64,000 nt of DNA from Roseibacillus sp. (GTDB taxonomy: Bacteria > Verrucomicrobiota > Verrucomicrobiia > Verrucomicrobiales > Akkermansiaceae): NCBI GenBank assembly GCA_022448985.1, contig JAKVCR010000001.1, positions 4,217 through 68,216 of the forward strand, in the 5' to 3' direction. Below are positions 1 through 8,891 of this stretch, in pieces; within the stretch, counting starts at the first letter, position 1; each line of letters opens with the position of its first letter. The notes beneath the pieces were generated by a model. It ran no database searches. It was not told the DNA's origin and saw only the letters and a program-made list of their open reading frames with translations. Position numbers and translations under genes: made by a program.

Positions 1-2
1 TG

Positions 3-193
3 GCTGGATCTGAAGAGCGGGTGGGTTGGACCGGGGAGGCTCTCACGGATCTGCGCCCGTCCGGGAAGGCGGTATTGTCGGGTCAGGAACTCGACGTGGT
101 GGCCGACGGTGCGTTTATCAGTAAAGGTGCGAAAGTGAGGGTCCTGGAACAGGACGGGATGAGGATCGTGGTGCGCGAAATCGATTCCGTTTA
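3..193 (+). CDS. NfeD-like membrane protein, C-terminal fragment (5' end outside window)
   Basis: Frame 3 is open from the window edge to TAG at 191-193. The translation ..GEALTDLRPSGKAVLSGQELDVVADGAFISKGAKVRVLEQDGMRIVVREI resembles the soluble C-terminal beta-barrel of NfeD/YbbJ proteins. It is absent from the ORF track because it has no start codon in the window. Confidence 0.5.
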
Positions 194-403
194 GTCGACA
201 CGTCGACCTGCTGCGGACAGGCCGCCTGTAAGGCTGGACGCTGTTCTGTGGTAATAACGCAAACCAGTTATTGTAACCGGATTGAGACACAGGATTGCAT
301 TGCGCAGGCGCTCATTTGAGTAAGGGTTAATTAATCCCAGAAGTTTCGAACAAGGAACGCTGCTGTTCCGTCCAACGATTAACACCACACCATTTTGATT
401 AGT

Positions 404-574
404 ATGAAGATTCGCCACAAAGCCACGGAAGGAGAAAGCCGCGAACTGCTGCTCAAGGAGTACTTTCTGAATGCCTATCTGATTGCCTTGCTCAAGCAGG
501 TCGGCAACGGAGTGCGCCGTTGCTCGGAAGAAGAAAACGAGAAATTTGCACAACGCGTCGCTGAGCACAATTAG
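404..574 (+). CDS. small hypothetical protein (56 aa), helical and charged
   Basis: ATG at 404, TAG at 572-574. Translation is MKIRHKATEGESRELLLKEYFLNAYLIALLKQVGNGVRRCSEEENEKFAQRVAEHN. Third codon positions are G/C-enriched, like the real genes here. It sits in an AT-rich patch and is followed by a hairpin. It is below the 60-aa cutoff of the ORF track. Confidence 0.3.
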   Translation: MKIRHKATEGESRELLLKEYFLNAYLIALLKQVGNGVRRCSEEENEKFAQRVAEHN

Positions 575-613
575 GTGCATTTCCGCGTAAACAAAGATCA
601 CCGGATTTCAGGA

Positions 614-653
614 GCCGGCAAAGTGGCCTTGTGGGTTTGGCCGCTTTGTCGGC
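614..653. terminator. imperfect hairpin between convergent genes (possible bidirectional terminator)
   Basis: gccggcaaagtggcc (614-628) pairs with ggccgctttgtcggc (639-653) at 13 of 15 positions. It lies between the small + ORF and the 3' end of the minus-strand methyltransferase. The T-tract is weak. Confidence 0.3.
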
Positions 654-704
654 TTCTCTGGTTTGGGTGATCGAGAAGCCAAGGGACCGGGGCGGAGGCT
701 CAGG

Positions 705-1346
705 TCATGCTCCCGCTCCTGATGGGGATGGGCGCTGGAAGACCGCAATATGCCGGTCGACCGATTTGCCGGGAGCGTCGGAAAGTTTCCGGGAATGGGG
801 GTTGCGGTGCTCAGCGACCTTGACCGCGCCCAGGTCCGTGAGTTTCCGGCAGGCCAGTTCGTGTTCCACATCAAAGTAGGATGTGATGACAAAGAGGCCG
901 TCGTCGCTGAGTTGACGCAGTGCGCCCTCAAACATCTGGGCCCAGAGGACGGGGTTGTTCCAGAAATTCTGGTGGCGCATGAAAGTGAGATCAAACCGTT
1001 CGCTGGATGACATGGATGCGAGGAAACGTTTGCCATCTTCCACATGGAAGCGTGTGTGCATGTCATTGCCCTTCGCTGTGCCCCAACGAAGGTTGGCTTC
1101 CTCGATCTCCGCCGAACGGATATCAGCGCCTACGATTTCGAGGCGTTCTCCTTCCCTGCCGAATACATCAGCCAGCACGCCGGTCTCGTCAGCCCGTCCG
1201 CAGGCCAGGTTAAGAATGCGTTGTTCGGCCCCCGCACCATGCGCCCCGGGAATTTTGGCGAGAGTTGTTTCAAGGGCCCTTTTGAGCACAGCCATGTCTT
1301 CCGGCAGGCCTGTGGAGTGAAAGGGGATATTGGGGTTGAGGGCCAC
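705..1346 (-). CDS. class I SAM-dependent methyltransferase
   Basis: Glycine-rich SAM motif ILNLACGRADETG followed by an acidic loop (IVGADI). The start is GTG at 1346; an ATG 17 codons in is an alternative. Confidence 0.7.
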   Translation of the reverse strand: MALNPNIPFHSTGLPEDMAVLKRALETTLAKIPGAHGAGAEQRILNLACGRADETGVLADVFGREGERLEIVGADIRSAEIEEANLRWGTAKGNDMHTRFHVEDGKRFLASMSSSERFDLTFMRHQNFWNNPVLWAQMFEGALRQLSDDGLFVITSYFDVEHELACRKLTDLGAVKVAEHRNPHSRKLSDAPGKSVDRHIAVFQRPSPSGAGA

Positions 1347-1438
1347 GGCGGTTCGATTAAAAGGCCCAGCTCTCGTGATTCAAGAGTTGAGTTAGATCAT
1401 TCATTCTGTAAGGGCTTGGGCACTTCGTTTCCGTCTGC

Positions 1439-2587
1439 ATGGCTAACCAAACCTCTGTCCAACCACTCTCGCGGGAAACTGCCGCACTTGTACGCGGGAT
1501 TGCTGACCAGTTTGCGATTGAGGGCCAGTATGTGGTGGGAGAAGAAGTAAAGAGCGGTCATATCAATTCGACCTATCTCGCGACATATGAACTGGAGGAT
1601 GGCGAGCGTCGACGCTATATCCTGCAACGCATCAACGAGAAGGTGTTCAAGGATCCTCTTGCGGTGATGCGCAACGTGGAATGCGTGACTTCCCACATCA
1701 ACTGGAAGGTATTGCGCAAGAAGCGGGATCTTGGAGGACAGACCCTGAACCTTTACCCGCACAAGACCGGGCGCTTTTACGGGTATGGAGACGGGGGTGG
1801 AATCTGGCGCTGCTACAATTACTTCGAGGGTTGTCAGACTTATGATGTGGTGGAAAACACCCGGCAGGCCTTCGAGGCGGGACATGCCTTTGGGGCCTTC
1901 CAGGACCTCGTCAGCGATCTGCCCCCGGATGAGATCGTGGAGACCATCCCCGATTTTCACGACACGCGACAGCGTTACCAGTCCCTCATGGAGGCGGTGG
2001 AGCGGGACTCCTGTGGACGAGTCGCCGAGGTACAACCGGAACTGGAGTTCGTGCGCCGGAACGAGGATGCGGTCGACAGACTCCTCAGGCTCAAGGACGA
2101 TGGGGACCTTCCACTGCGCATCACGCACAACGACACCAAGATCAACAACGTGCTGTTTGATATGGAGACGGACGAGGCAGTCTGCGTGATCGATCTCGAT
2201 ACGGTCATGCCAGGGCTCAGTCTCTACGACTTTGGCGACCTGGTTCGGACTGCTACAAATCCGGCTGCGGAGGACGAACGCGATCTCACAAAAGTGGAGA
2301 TGCGTATCGGGGTGTTTGAGGCCCTGGTGGAAGGATACCTTGCCTCGGCCGGAGGAGTTCTCAACGAGGCCGAGATCGCGCAGATGGCCTTTTCGGGCCG
2401 ACTCATCTCAATTGAACTCGGGATGCGGTTTCTGACCGACCATCTCAACGGCGATCAGTACTTCCGGGTTCACCGGGAGAACCAGAACCTGGACCGCGCC
2501 CGGACACAGTTGCGTCTCGCGGAACAGATTACAGAGCGCGAGGAGGAAATGAACACGTTTGTGCTCAAGGTGGCCAGAGCGCAGTGA
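1439..2587 (+). CDS. aminoglycoside-phosphotransferase-fold kinase (N-acetylhexosamine-1-kinase-like)
   Basis: Catalytic loop HNDTKINNVLFD and a downstream VIDLD metal-binding motif are typical of the APH/ChoK kinase fold. Starts with ATG and is 382 aa. Confidence 0.65.
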   Translation: MANQTSVQPLSRETAALVRGIADQFAIEGQYVVGEEVKSGHINSTYLATYELEDGERRRYILQRINEKVFKDPLAVMRNVECVTSHINWKVLRKKRDLGGQTLNLYPHKTGRFYGYGDGGGIWRCYNYFEGCQTYDVVENTRQAFEAGHAFGAFQDLVSDLPPDEIVETIPDFHDTRQRYQSLMEAVERDSCGRVAEVQPELEFVRRNEDAVDRLLRLKDDGDLPLRITHNDTKINNVLFDMETDEAVCVIDLDTVMPGLSLYDFGDLVRTATNPAAEDERDLTKVEMRIGVFEALVEGYLASAGGVLNEAEIAQMAFSGRLISIELGMRFLTDHLNGDQYFRVHRENQNLDRARTQLRLAEQITEREEEMNTFVLKVARAQ

Positions 2588-3856
2588 TCACGTGCGAGTC
2601 CGTTCCAGGGTCACGACACATTCAAGGTGCTTTGTCTGAGGGAAGAGGTCGAAGGGTTGCACCTTGAGCAGGGAGTATCCACGAGCATTGAATTCCTTCA
2701 GGTCACGGATCTGGGTGGCGGGATTGCAGGAGACGTAGACTACCCGGTGTGGACCGTAAGAGAAGAGTTGCTCCAGAAACTCGGGGCCGCAGCCCTTGCG
2801 GGGAGGGTCAATTACGACCGCGGTTTCTGCAGCCGGAAAGGGGATCTCCTTGAAGATGTGTTCGGCGGAAGCGGTCAGGATGGTGACATTGTGCAGCTTG
2901 TTTTCGTTCGCATTTTGGCGGGCCCAGTCGGCGGAAGACTCCGAGACCTCCACCCCGGCCACTTCCTCGAAGTGCCGGGCAAGGGAGAGGGTGAAGAGAC
3001 CGGAACCACAGTAAGTGTCTACCAGAAAACGGCTGTCGAGGGCGGCTTCCCTGGCGACGTAGTCGACAAAGGAGGGCAGAATAAAGGGGTTGTTCTGAAA
3101 AAAATCGCCGGCGAGGAACCGAAAGGTGAGATCGCCTACCCGTTCTTCCACTACTTCGCGTGGATTGGTGTGAACGCCCACGGCAGTTGCACGGAGGAGT
3201 AAAGTCGCCCCTTTCCTGAACTTCCCCTGGGAGGCAGCCTGTTGAATGCGCTTCCGCTCGATTGGCAGGGCTTCGTTCAGTTCCGACATTGCAATGGGAC
3301 AGTGGGGGACATCGACAATCCTGCGACGTGATCCCGTCGCAAGAAAACCGATATTGAGTTCCCGGTCAGGACGTGGCTTCTGGAAGTGAGGCGTGATTTT
3401 GGAGCGATAGTGCCAGGGCACGGGGGAGGGAACAGGCTCTTCAACCGGATGGTCGATCGCAGCCATGCGTTGCAGGAGCTCGCCAACCTGCTGGCGCTTC
3501 CAGCGAAGCTGTTCCCCGTAGTCGAGATGCTGATACTGGCAGCCGCCACAGGTGGTGAAGAGAGGACAGCGGGGCTCTTGGCGGCGGGGGCTGGGAGTAA
3601 GCACCTCCAGCAGGTCAGCATGTGAGCAACTGGCTTCGTTCTTCCAGATCCGGGCCCGAACCGTTTCGCCGGGCAAGCAGAATGGAACGAACACTACCCA
3701 GCCTCCTTCTCGATGCGCTTCTGCTGAAGCCGTCCGGTCAATTCGCCCCACGCCCGCTCCCAGGTTGGACAGGGAATCGATTTTCAGTTCGATAACTTCA
3801 TGGTAGGAAAAGGGTTCCGGCCTGAAGTGTTTAGGGATTTTGATTTTCTCGGGCAT
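2588..3856 (-). CDS. rlmD: 23S rRNA (uracil-5)-methyltransferase, RumA/RlmD type (TRAM + Fe-S + MTase)
   Basis: N-terminal TRAM-like segment, Fe-S cysteine cluster CPLFTTCGGCQYQHL, SAM motif DTYCGSGLF and catalytic VYVSCNPAT. I chose the ATG at 3856; the ORF track begins at GTG 3868. Confidence 0.8.
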   Translation of the reverse strand: MPEKIKIPKHFRPEPFSYHEVIELKIDSLSNLGAGVGRIDRTASAEAHREGGWVVFVPFCLPGETVRARIWKNEASCSHADLLEVLTPSPRRQEPRCPLFTTCGGCQYQHLDYGEQLRWKRQQVGELLQRMAAIDHPVEEPVPSPVPWHYRSKITPHFQKPRPDRELNIGFLATGSRRRIVDVPHCPIAMSELNEALPIERKRIQQAASQGKFRKGATLLLRATAVGVHTNPREVVEERVGDLTFRFLAGDFFQNNPFILPSFVDYVAREAALDSRFLVDTYCGSGLFTLSLARHFEEVAGVEVSESSADWARQNANENKLHNVTILTASAEHIFKEIPFPAAETAVVIDPPRKGCGPEFLEQLFSYGPHRVVYVSCNPATQIRDLKEFNARGYSLLKVQPFDLFPQTKHLECVVTLERTRT

Positions 3857-3920
3857 TTGCTTGTGCACTTCAGGTTGCCAGGAGGGGATCGGACGAATAC
3901 AATGTACGGGAATTCGTCAT

Positions 3921-4334
3921 ATGACCATGAAAGCGAATCTTGCCATCTGGATCTCCGCTCTCGTTTCCGCTTCCTTCGCTACTGCCGATATCGTGGAAGA
4001 GGAGACATGGTATAGCGCTGAAGGAAAGGTCGTCAAGACGGTGAAGCGGACCCTGACGGGCACGGAGGCCCGGAATTTTCAATCCCCGGTCTGGGAGCCG
4101 GCCTGGGTTATCCGTGAGCGCGAGCGGCGCTCAAGGGGCTATCTTGCCGTGAGACCTGCCTTTGGCTATTTCCGCAGGGGTTATCAGTCTCCCGGTTCCT
4201 ATCCCCGCGCCATGCGCTATTTCCTGCCGGGTTATCCTGGTGGATTGGTGGGTGATTTCCGGGGAGGAAGAGGTGGGAGGTCCTGGGGGTGGGGGCCCTG
4301 TCGGCCCGGTCTCAGTCTCATCATTACCCGTTAG
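3921..4334 (+). CDS. hypothetical secreted protein, Gly/Arg-rich C-terminus
   Basis: An internal ATG gives MTMKANLAIWISALVSASFATA, which is signal-peptide-like. I recognise no family. Confidence 0.4.
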   Translation: MTMKANLAIWISALVSASFATADIVEEETWYSAEGKVVKTVKRTLTGTEARNFQSPVWEPAWVIRERERRSRGYLAVRPAFGYFRRGYQSPGSYPRAMRYFLPGYPGGLVGDFRGGRGGRSWGWGPCRPGLSLIITR

Positions 4335-4355
4335 GGCATTTCTGTAGCCCCGTAG

Positions 4356-4637
4356 TCAGTTGCCCGGGGCAGGTGCAGGAGTCGGCCCGGGCCCAGGAGC
4401 AGGCTTGGGGATAGACTCAGAAGCAGGATTGGCATCGGGCAGGGAGGTGACGTCGGGTGAGCGGAAGGGGTCTTTTTGCGGATTGGAGGAGACGGCCTTT
4501 CTTGCCACGGAATTCTTCTGGCTGGCCTTGACCAAGGGGAATTCCCAGTCCCCGGTGTTCCTGGTGCCGATATTGCAGGAGCAGAACATGAAGAGCGCCC
4601 CTGTTCCCGCGATTGCGAGTCTGAATTTTTCGTTCAT
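4356..4637 (-). CDS. small putative lipoprotein with Pro-rich tail
   Basis: MNEKFRLAIAGTGALFMFCSC is a signal with a lipobox-like Cys. The C-terminal tail reads PKPAPGPGPTPAPAPG. Confidence 0.4.
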   Translation of the reverse strand: MNEKFRLAIAGTGALFMFCSCNIGTRNTGDWEFPLVKASQKNSVARKAVSSNPQKDPFRSPDVTSLPDANPASESIPKPAPGPGPTPAPAPGN

Positions 4638-4701
4638 GGCGAAGAAGAGGCGAAAAGCTGCCCAGAATCATCTCTCTAATGCAACTTGAATCTTGAGTTG
4701 C

Positions 4702-5700
4702 TCAGGGGCTGTTTAGGGAACCGATCCAGCTCGTGATATCGGCAAGAACCTGCTCCCGGTTGTGATCGTAAAAGAGAAGGTGGTAGCTCTCCGGGTAGAA
4801 GTGACGCTTTACCCGTGCGCCCGGTGGGAAACATTTGGAAAAGGCTTCCACATCGTCAGGATGGGAGAAGATGTCGTGTCCTCCGTGGAGGAGAAGGACG
4901 GGCAATTTGACCTGGGTGGCTTGTGCCGGCAATGACTCAATCATGGTGCCCAGAGTATAAAGGAGACGAAGGGTGAAGGCAGAGACGTGGTAGGAATTTG
5001 TCTGGACCTGGTCCTGGTGAACCACATCTCTGATGACGCGCACTTCATCCTCTCCCGAAAGCCTTTCCAGGGAGATTTTCCACCGGGGAAAAAGAATTGC
5101 TCCCCAGCGCAGGGCAGTCCGTTTCCATTGTGGGAAGTCGTCGTGGACGTGGGCGATGGGGGAGGAAAGGATGAGGGCATCGCAGGGAGGATTTCTGCTT
5201 GAAGAGCAGGTTGCTACCGCATGGAGGGCGATAAGGGAGCCCATGCTTTCCCCGCACCATACGATGCGTGCTTTGGGGTGTTGTTGGCGAACGAGGCGGG
5301 TGAAGGTCTCGAAGTCGTTAAACCAGTCCCGCTGGTCTCGAATGTCGCCCCGGCGCGAGGGGATTGGATCATTACCCTGTCCTCGCAGGTCGGGAGCATA
5401 GACTGCGACCGGGGAGTGGCGCTCCTGCAGGTGCTTGCCGAGAACACTCAAGTCCGTGGAGGCTCCCGCGATTCCATGGAATCCCACCACTATCACGGAA
5501 GGCGGACTGTCGTCGAGGGGGAGCCATTTGTGGTAGGGGAACTGATTGCCGTCAAACGAGGTAAAGGTAGAGTTTTGGAGGGCGGGTGCAGCTACGGGGC
5601 AGGGTGACAGCTTCCCTGTAGACAGGCGGGCCGCACAACTGGAGAGCACCAGAGAGGCCAATGCCATCGGGAGCAGCAGAAGCGAGGACCTAACCAGCAT
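4702..5700 (-). CDS. alpha/beta hydrolase (lysophospholipase/monoacylglycerol-lipase-like), lipoprotein signal
   Basis: HG oxyanion motif VVGFHGIAG, nucleophile elbow GESMGS, C-terminal H in ESYHLLF, and an N-terminal LVLSSC lipobox. Confidence 0.8.
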   Translation of the reverse strand: MLVRSSLLLLPMALASLVLSSCAARLSTGKLSPCPVAAPALQNSTFTSFDGNQFPYHKWLPLDDSPPSVIVVGFHGIAGASTDLSVLGKHLQERHSPVAVYAPDLRGQGNDPIPSRRGDIRDQRDWFNDFETFTRLVRQQHPKARIVWCGESMGSLIALHAVATCSSSRNPPCDALILSSPIAHVHDDFPQWKRTALRWGAILFPRWKISLERLSGEDEVRVIRDVVHQDQVQTNSYHVSAFTLRLLYTLGTMIESLPAQATQVKLPVLLLHGGHDIFSHPDDVEAFSKCFPPGARVKRHFYPESYHLLFYDHNREQVLADITSWIGSLNSP

Positions 5701-5862
5701 GAGACGTTGTAAGTTATGACCAGGGAGGAGTCCCGGGCTGCGCCTCCTGGATGGCCAGGGCGTAGACCTCCGGGCTACCGGAAACGAAACAGGCGCTGCC
5801 GAATTGCAGCGCCTGGAGGGTCAATTGTCCATTTGACGACCGAGAGAGATGTTGGCCACTGT

Positions 5863-6984
5863 CTATTTGGGCTTGGGAGTACCCTTGGAGGGCTTGGGTG
5901 GATCCGGCTTGGGTGGATCAGGTTGTTTTGCGGGAACGGGAGGAATGCGCACTGGCGGAGAGACGGCCCGGGCCTTGGGTTTTCCAGTGGATGGGGCAGG
6001 AGACTTACCCGTTCCAGGATTGACGGGAACCCGGACTGGCGGGGATACCGCTTTGGCGCCGGGGCGTCCCGGGACGCGCACGGGAGGCGAGACTGAGCGA
6101 CCGGGTGTTGGTCGGGCGAGAGGGCGGGAGGGCGGCTTGGGAAGGTCCCGCAACTCCGTCAGCTCAAGTTCGAAGATGAGGGTGCTATTGGGGCCAAGCT
6201 TGGCGCTGCGGCGGTTCTCCTTGTAGGCGAGCTCGGCCGGGATGAAGAGTTTCCATTTTGATCCCACCGGCATCTGGGTGAGGGCTTCCTTGAACCCCGG
6301 GATCACGTTGAGGGACATGGAAGAGGCCTTGCCGTTCGAGGAGTCAAATTCCGTCCCGTCGATGAGGGTGCCACGATAGATGGTCATGAATTGCTTGGTT
6401 GGACGCTGCCCCGCAGGCGGAGCAGGGTAGACCTCGCCTTCGCCCTTCTTGAGGATCTCATACTGCAGGCCACTCTTGGAGGTGATGATTCCCTCGCGCT
6501 TCTTGTTTTCAGAAAGGAACGCTTCTCCAGCGGACTTGTTCTCGAGCGCGATTTTCTTTTCACGCTCCCTGATGACGAGGCTCAACTGGTTAAGGGCCTC
6601 ATTGATCTTTTCCTGTTCGATCTTGGAATCCTTCAGTTCAAGGGCATCAAAGAGGCCCTTGAGGAACTGCTCCCGGTCAATGTCATCGATCTGGAGCCCG
6701 AAGCGGCCAGTCTGGTTGGTGAAGTTCCGGCCGTTGCGATAACCGAACCCGTAGGAGGTCTTGGTCCGGATCTCCTTGGGATCCATGGTGACCTTGGGCT
6801 CTTCCGGTTTTGCGGGATTGGTGGGGCCGCCCGAAGCGGGTTTGGGCTGGACCTTGGGGCTACCCTTTGAGGGCTCCTTGGTGGCTTCCGCTTTCTTACC
6901 GGGAGCAGGAGTGTCCTGGCCTGAGAGAGCCCCAGTGAAGAGAAGGCCCGCGCTCAGGAACGCGGCAATGGTGGTGGTTTTCAT
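5863..6984 (-). CDS. FKBP-type peptidyl-prolyl isomerase (FkpA/Mip-like) with Pro/Lys-rich C-terminal tail
   Basis: The signal peptide MKTTTIAAFLSAGLLFTGALS starts at ATG 6984. It has an FkpA-type dimerisation helix region and an FKBP core (YRGTLIDGTEFDSS...GFKEAL..MPVGSKWKLFIP..AYG-like). The tail carries three SPPVR(V/I)P repeats and two PDPPK repeats. Confidence 0.85.
   Translation of the reverse strand: MKTTTIAAFLSAGLLFTGALSGQDTPAPGKKAEATKEPSKGSPKVQPKPASGGPTNPAKPEEPKVTMDPKEIRTKTSYGFGYRNGRNFTNQTGRFGLQIDDIDREQFLKGLFDALELKDSKIEQEKINEALNQLSLVIREREKKIALENKSAGEAFLSENKKREGIITSKSGLQYEILKKGEGEVYPAPPAGQRPTKQFMTIYRGTLIDGTEFDSSNGKASSMSLNVIPGFKEALTQMPVGSKWKLFIPAELAYKENRRSAKLGPNSTLIFELELTELRDLPKPPSRPLARPTPGRSVSPPVRVPGRPGAKAVSPPVRVPVNPGTGKSPAPSTGKPKARAVSPPVRIPPVPAKQPDPPKPDPPKPSKGTPKPK
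5891..5920 (-). repeat. 15-bp tandem duplication inside the FKBP tail (encodes PDPPK x2)
   Basis: ggcttgggtggatcc / ggcttgggtggatca, read directly from the sequence. Confidence 0.8.
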
Positions 6985-7109
6985 AGTCTTTGATGGAATG
7001 GGGGGGGAGACGATAGGGGCGCCTTGGGGAGCTGTCGAGCGAAAGGGTGGATTGTTCGGAATCCGCAGCGGAACAGTCTGGCCCGTCTGCAAGGGCCGCT
7101 GCCTTTATC

Positions 7110-8072
7110 TCACCTTGACTGCTCCAGCATGCGCACCACCGCGGCTTCAGCCTTGCGGCGAATGCCTTCCGGGATCTCGATCTGGGGTTCCAGGTTCTCC
7201 AGGCAGGCGTGGAGCTTCTCAAGGGTATTCATCTTCATATACCTGCACTCGGAGCAGGCACAGTTGTCGGTGGGACCGGCGATAAGATTTTTGCCAGGGG
7301 CTTCCTTGCGCAGACGATGCAGCATCCCGCCCTCGGTGACCACGATGATGTTCCTGGCGTCCGCGTTCTGGCAGAAGGATATCATTTTCTCGGTGGAGCA
7401 CACTTCGTCAGCCAGCAGGCGAACTGCGGTGGTGCATTCCGGGTGCGCCACTACCACCGCGTCAGGATACTCATCCTTTATCTTCTGGATCGAGTTGCGG
7501 GTGAATTCAACGTGGACGTAGCAGGCCCCTTTCCAGAGGTCCATCCTGCGGTCGCAATTCTCCATGACCCATGCCCCGAGGTTTTCATCCGGCACAAAGA
7601 GGATGGGGCGGTCTGGGGGGGCCTGTTCCACGATGCGGATGGCGTTGCCGGAGGTGCAGATCACATCCGAGAGGGCCTTCACTCCTGCTGAGCAGTTGAT
7701 GTAGGCGATGACGTAGTAATTCCGGTCCGCGTGGTCCTCCAGGTATTTCTGGAGGGCAGGTGCGGGGCAGCTCTGCTCCAGGGAACAGCCAGCGTCCCGG
7801 TCGGGCAGGATCACCGTCTTGTTCGGATTGAGGATCTTGGCGGTTTCGGCCATGAAATGGACTCCGCAGAACGCGATCACTTCCGCATCGGTCTCCTGTG
7901 CCTGATAGGAAAGCCCAAGGGAATCTCCCACGAAATCGGCGAGATCCTGAATAACGCCGATCTGGTAGTTGTGCGCGAGGATCACTGCGTTGCGCTCGTT
8001 CTTGAGGCGCAGAATCTCCTCCCTGAGATCAAGGGCAGGGGAAGAGGTGCTCATGCCGGGAGGCTCGCTCAT
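7110..8072 (-). CDS. nadA: quinolinate synthase
   Basis: Full-length match to the NadA pattern (..NAVILAHNYQ.., three-domain repeat, Fe-S cysteines). Confidence 0.93.
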   Translation of the reverse strand: MSEPPGMSTSSPALDLREEILRLKNERNAVILAHNYQIGVIQDLADFVGDSLGLSYQAQETDAEVIAFCGVHFMAETAKILNPNKTVILPDRDAGCSLEQSCPAPALQKYLEDHADRNYYVIAYINCSAGVKALSDVICTSGNAIRIVEQAPPDRPILFVPDENLGAWVMENCDRRMDLWKGACYVHVEFTRNSIQKIKDEYPDAVVVAHPECTTAVRLLADEVCSTEKMISFCQNADARNIIVVTEGGMLHRLRKEAPGKNLIAGPTDNCACSECRYMKMNTLEKLHACLENLEPQIEIPEGIRRKAEAAVVRMLEQSR

Positions 8073-8170
8073 GCCGAGCCGGGGGCAAAGAAGAAATTGT
8101 GGTCCTAACGTTGCGGAATCCGCGGATCTGCCTTCATCCCAGCCTTGCAGAGCTGGGGCCGGGGGGCTTC

Positions 8171-8701
8171 CTAGGCAGCGGGAGCCTTCTCGCTCTCAGC
8201 GCGCACTTCGGCCATCTCCTCCTGAAGTTCGGGGGTCTTTTCGACTACCTTGGGCTGGTTGCGAGGGGTCCCAATTGCAGAGGCGCCCACGAACACGGCG
8301 CCCGCTTCCATGGAAAGGGCTCCGGCCTTGATGTCGCCCGTCACCTCGGCGAGGGCGCAGATCTCGATACGGTCAGTGGCTGTGATATTCCCTTCCACCC
8401 GGCCCTGGACAATGACCGAGCCGCACTTGATCTCGGCCTTGATGTGGGCCGTTTCCCCGATGGTCAGGGAACCCTCCGAAACAATCCTGCCCTCAATTCT
8501 ACCGCCCACGATGAGATCGCCCTGGAAGCGGACTTCTCCCTCGATCTCGACGTCACTTCCCAGCACATTTCGCTTTCCGGCTGAAATCGCGACCAGGTGA
8601 TTAGTGTCCGGGCTCGCAGAGGGAGCGGGTTCGGCACGAGGAGCGGAAGGCGTGTCGGCAGCAGCGGCTTCTGTGTTCTTACTGATAATCTTCTCAAACA
8701 C
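8171..8701 (-). CDS. bactofilin (polymer-forming cytoskeletal protein)
   Basis: Beta-helical repeat core G.D.EIEGEVRFQGDLIVGGRIEGRIVSEGSLTIGETAHIKAEIKCGSVIVQGRVEGNITA with disordered termini. GTG start. Confidence 0.85.
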   Translation of the reverse strand: MFEKIISKNTEAAAADTPSAPRAEPAPSASPDTNHLVAISAGKRNVLGSDVEIEGEVRFQGDLIVGGRIEGRIVSEGSLTIGETAHIKAEIKCGSVIVQGRVEGNITATDRIEICALAEVTGDIKAGALSMEAGAVFVGASAIGTPRNQPKVVEKTPELQEEMAEVRAESEKAPAA

Positions 8702-8891
8702 GATAATTCAATAAGTCAGAACCTTCAGGCGATGTCAAATTTTGTTGGCATCGCAACTGTGAGGAGATGTGAACAAGCGACCGGGAGGGCCGCTTGAGTG
8801 CTTTCCAGCAGCATGGGGAGCATGGCCGGGTTGGCTAGGCTTCGTCCCCTCCATCTCACGATGATGGAGGGCAAATCCTGAAATGGATTGG

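Noticed and set aside
191-601. 136-aa minus-strand ORF in the AT-rich patch
   Set aside because: The sequence is hydrophobic and irregular with no motif, and it runs straight out of the neighbouring gene's stop region. I consider the 56-aa plus-strand ORF or a non-coding role more plausible, but neither is proven.
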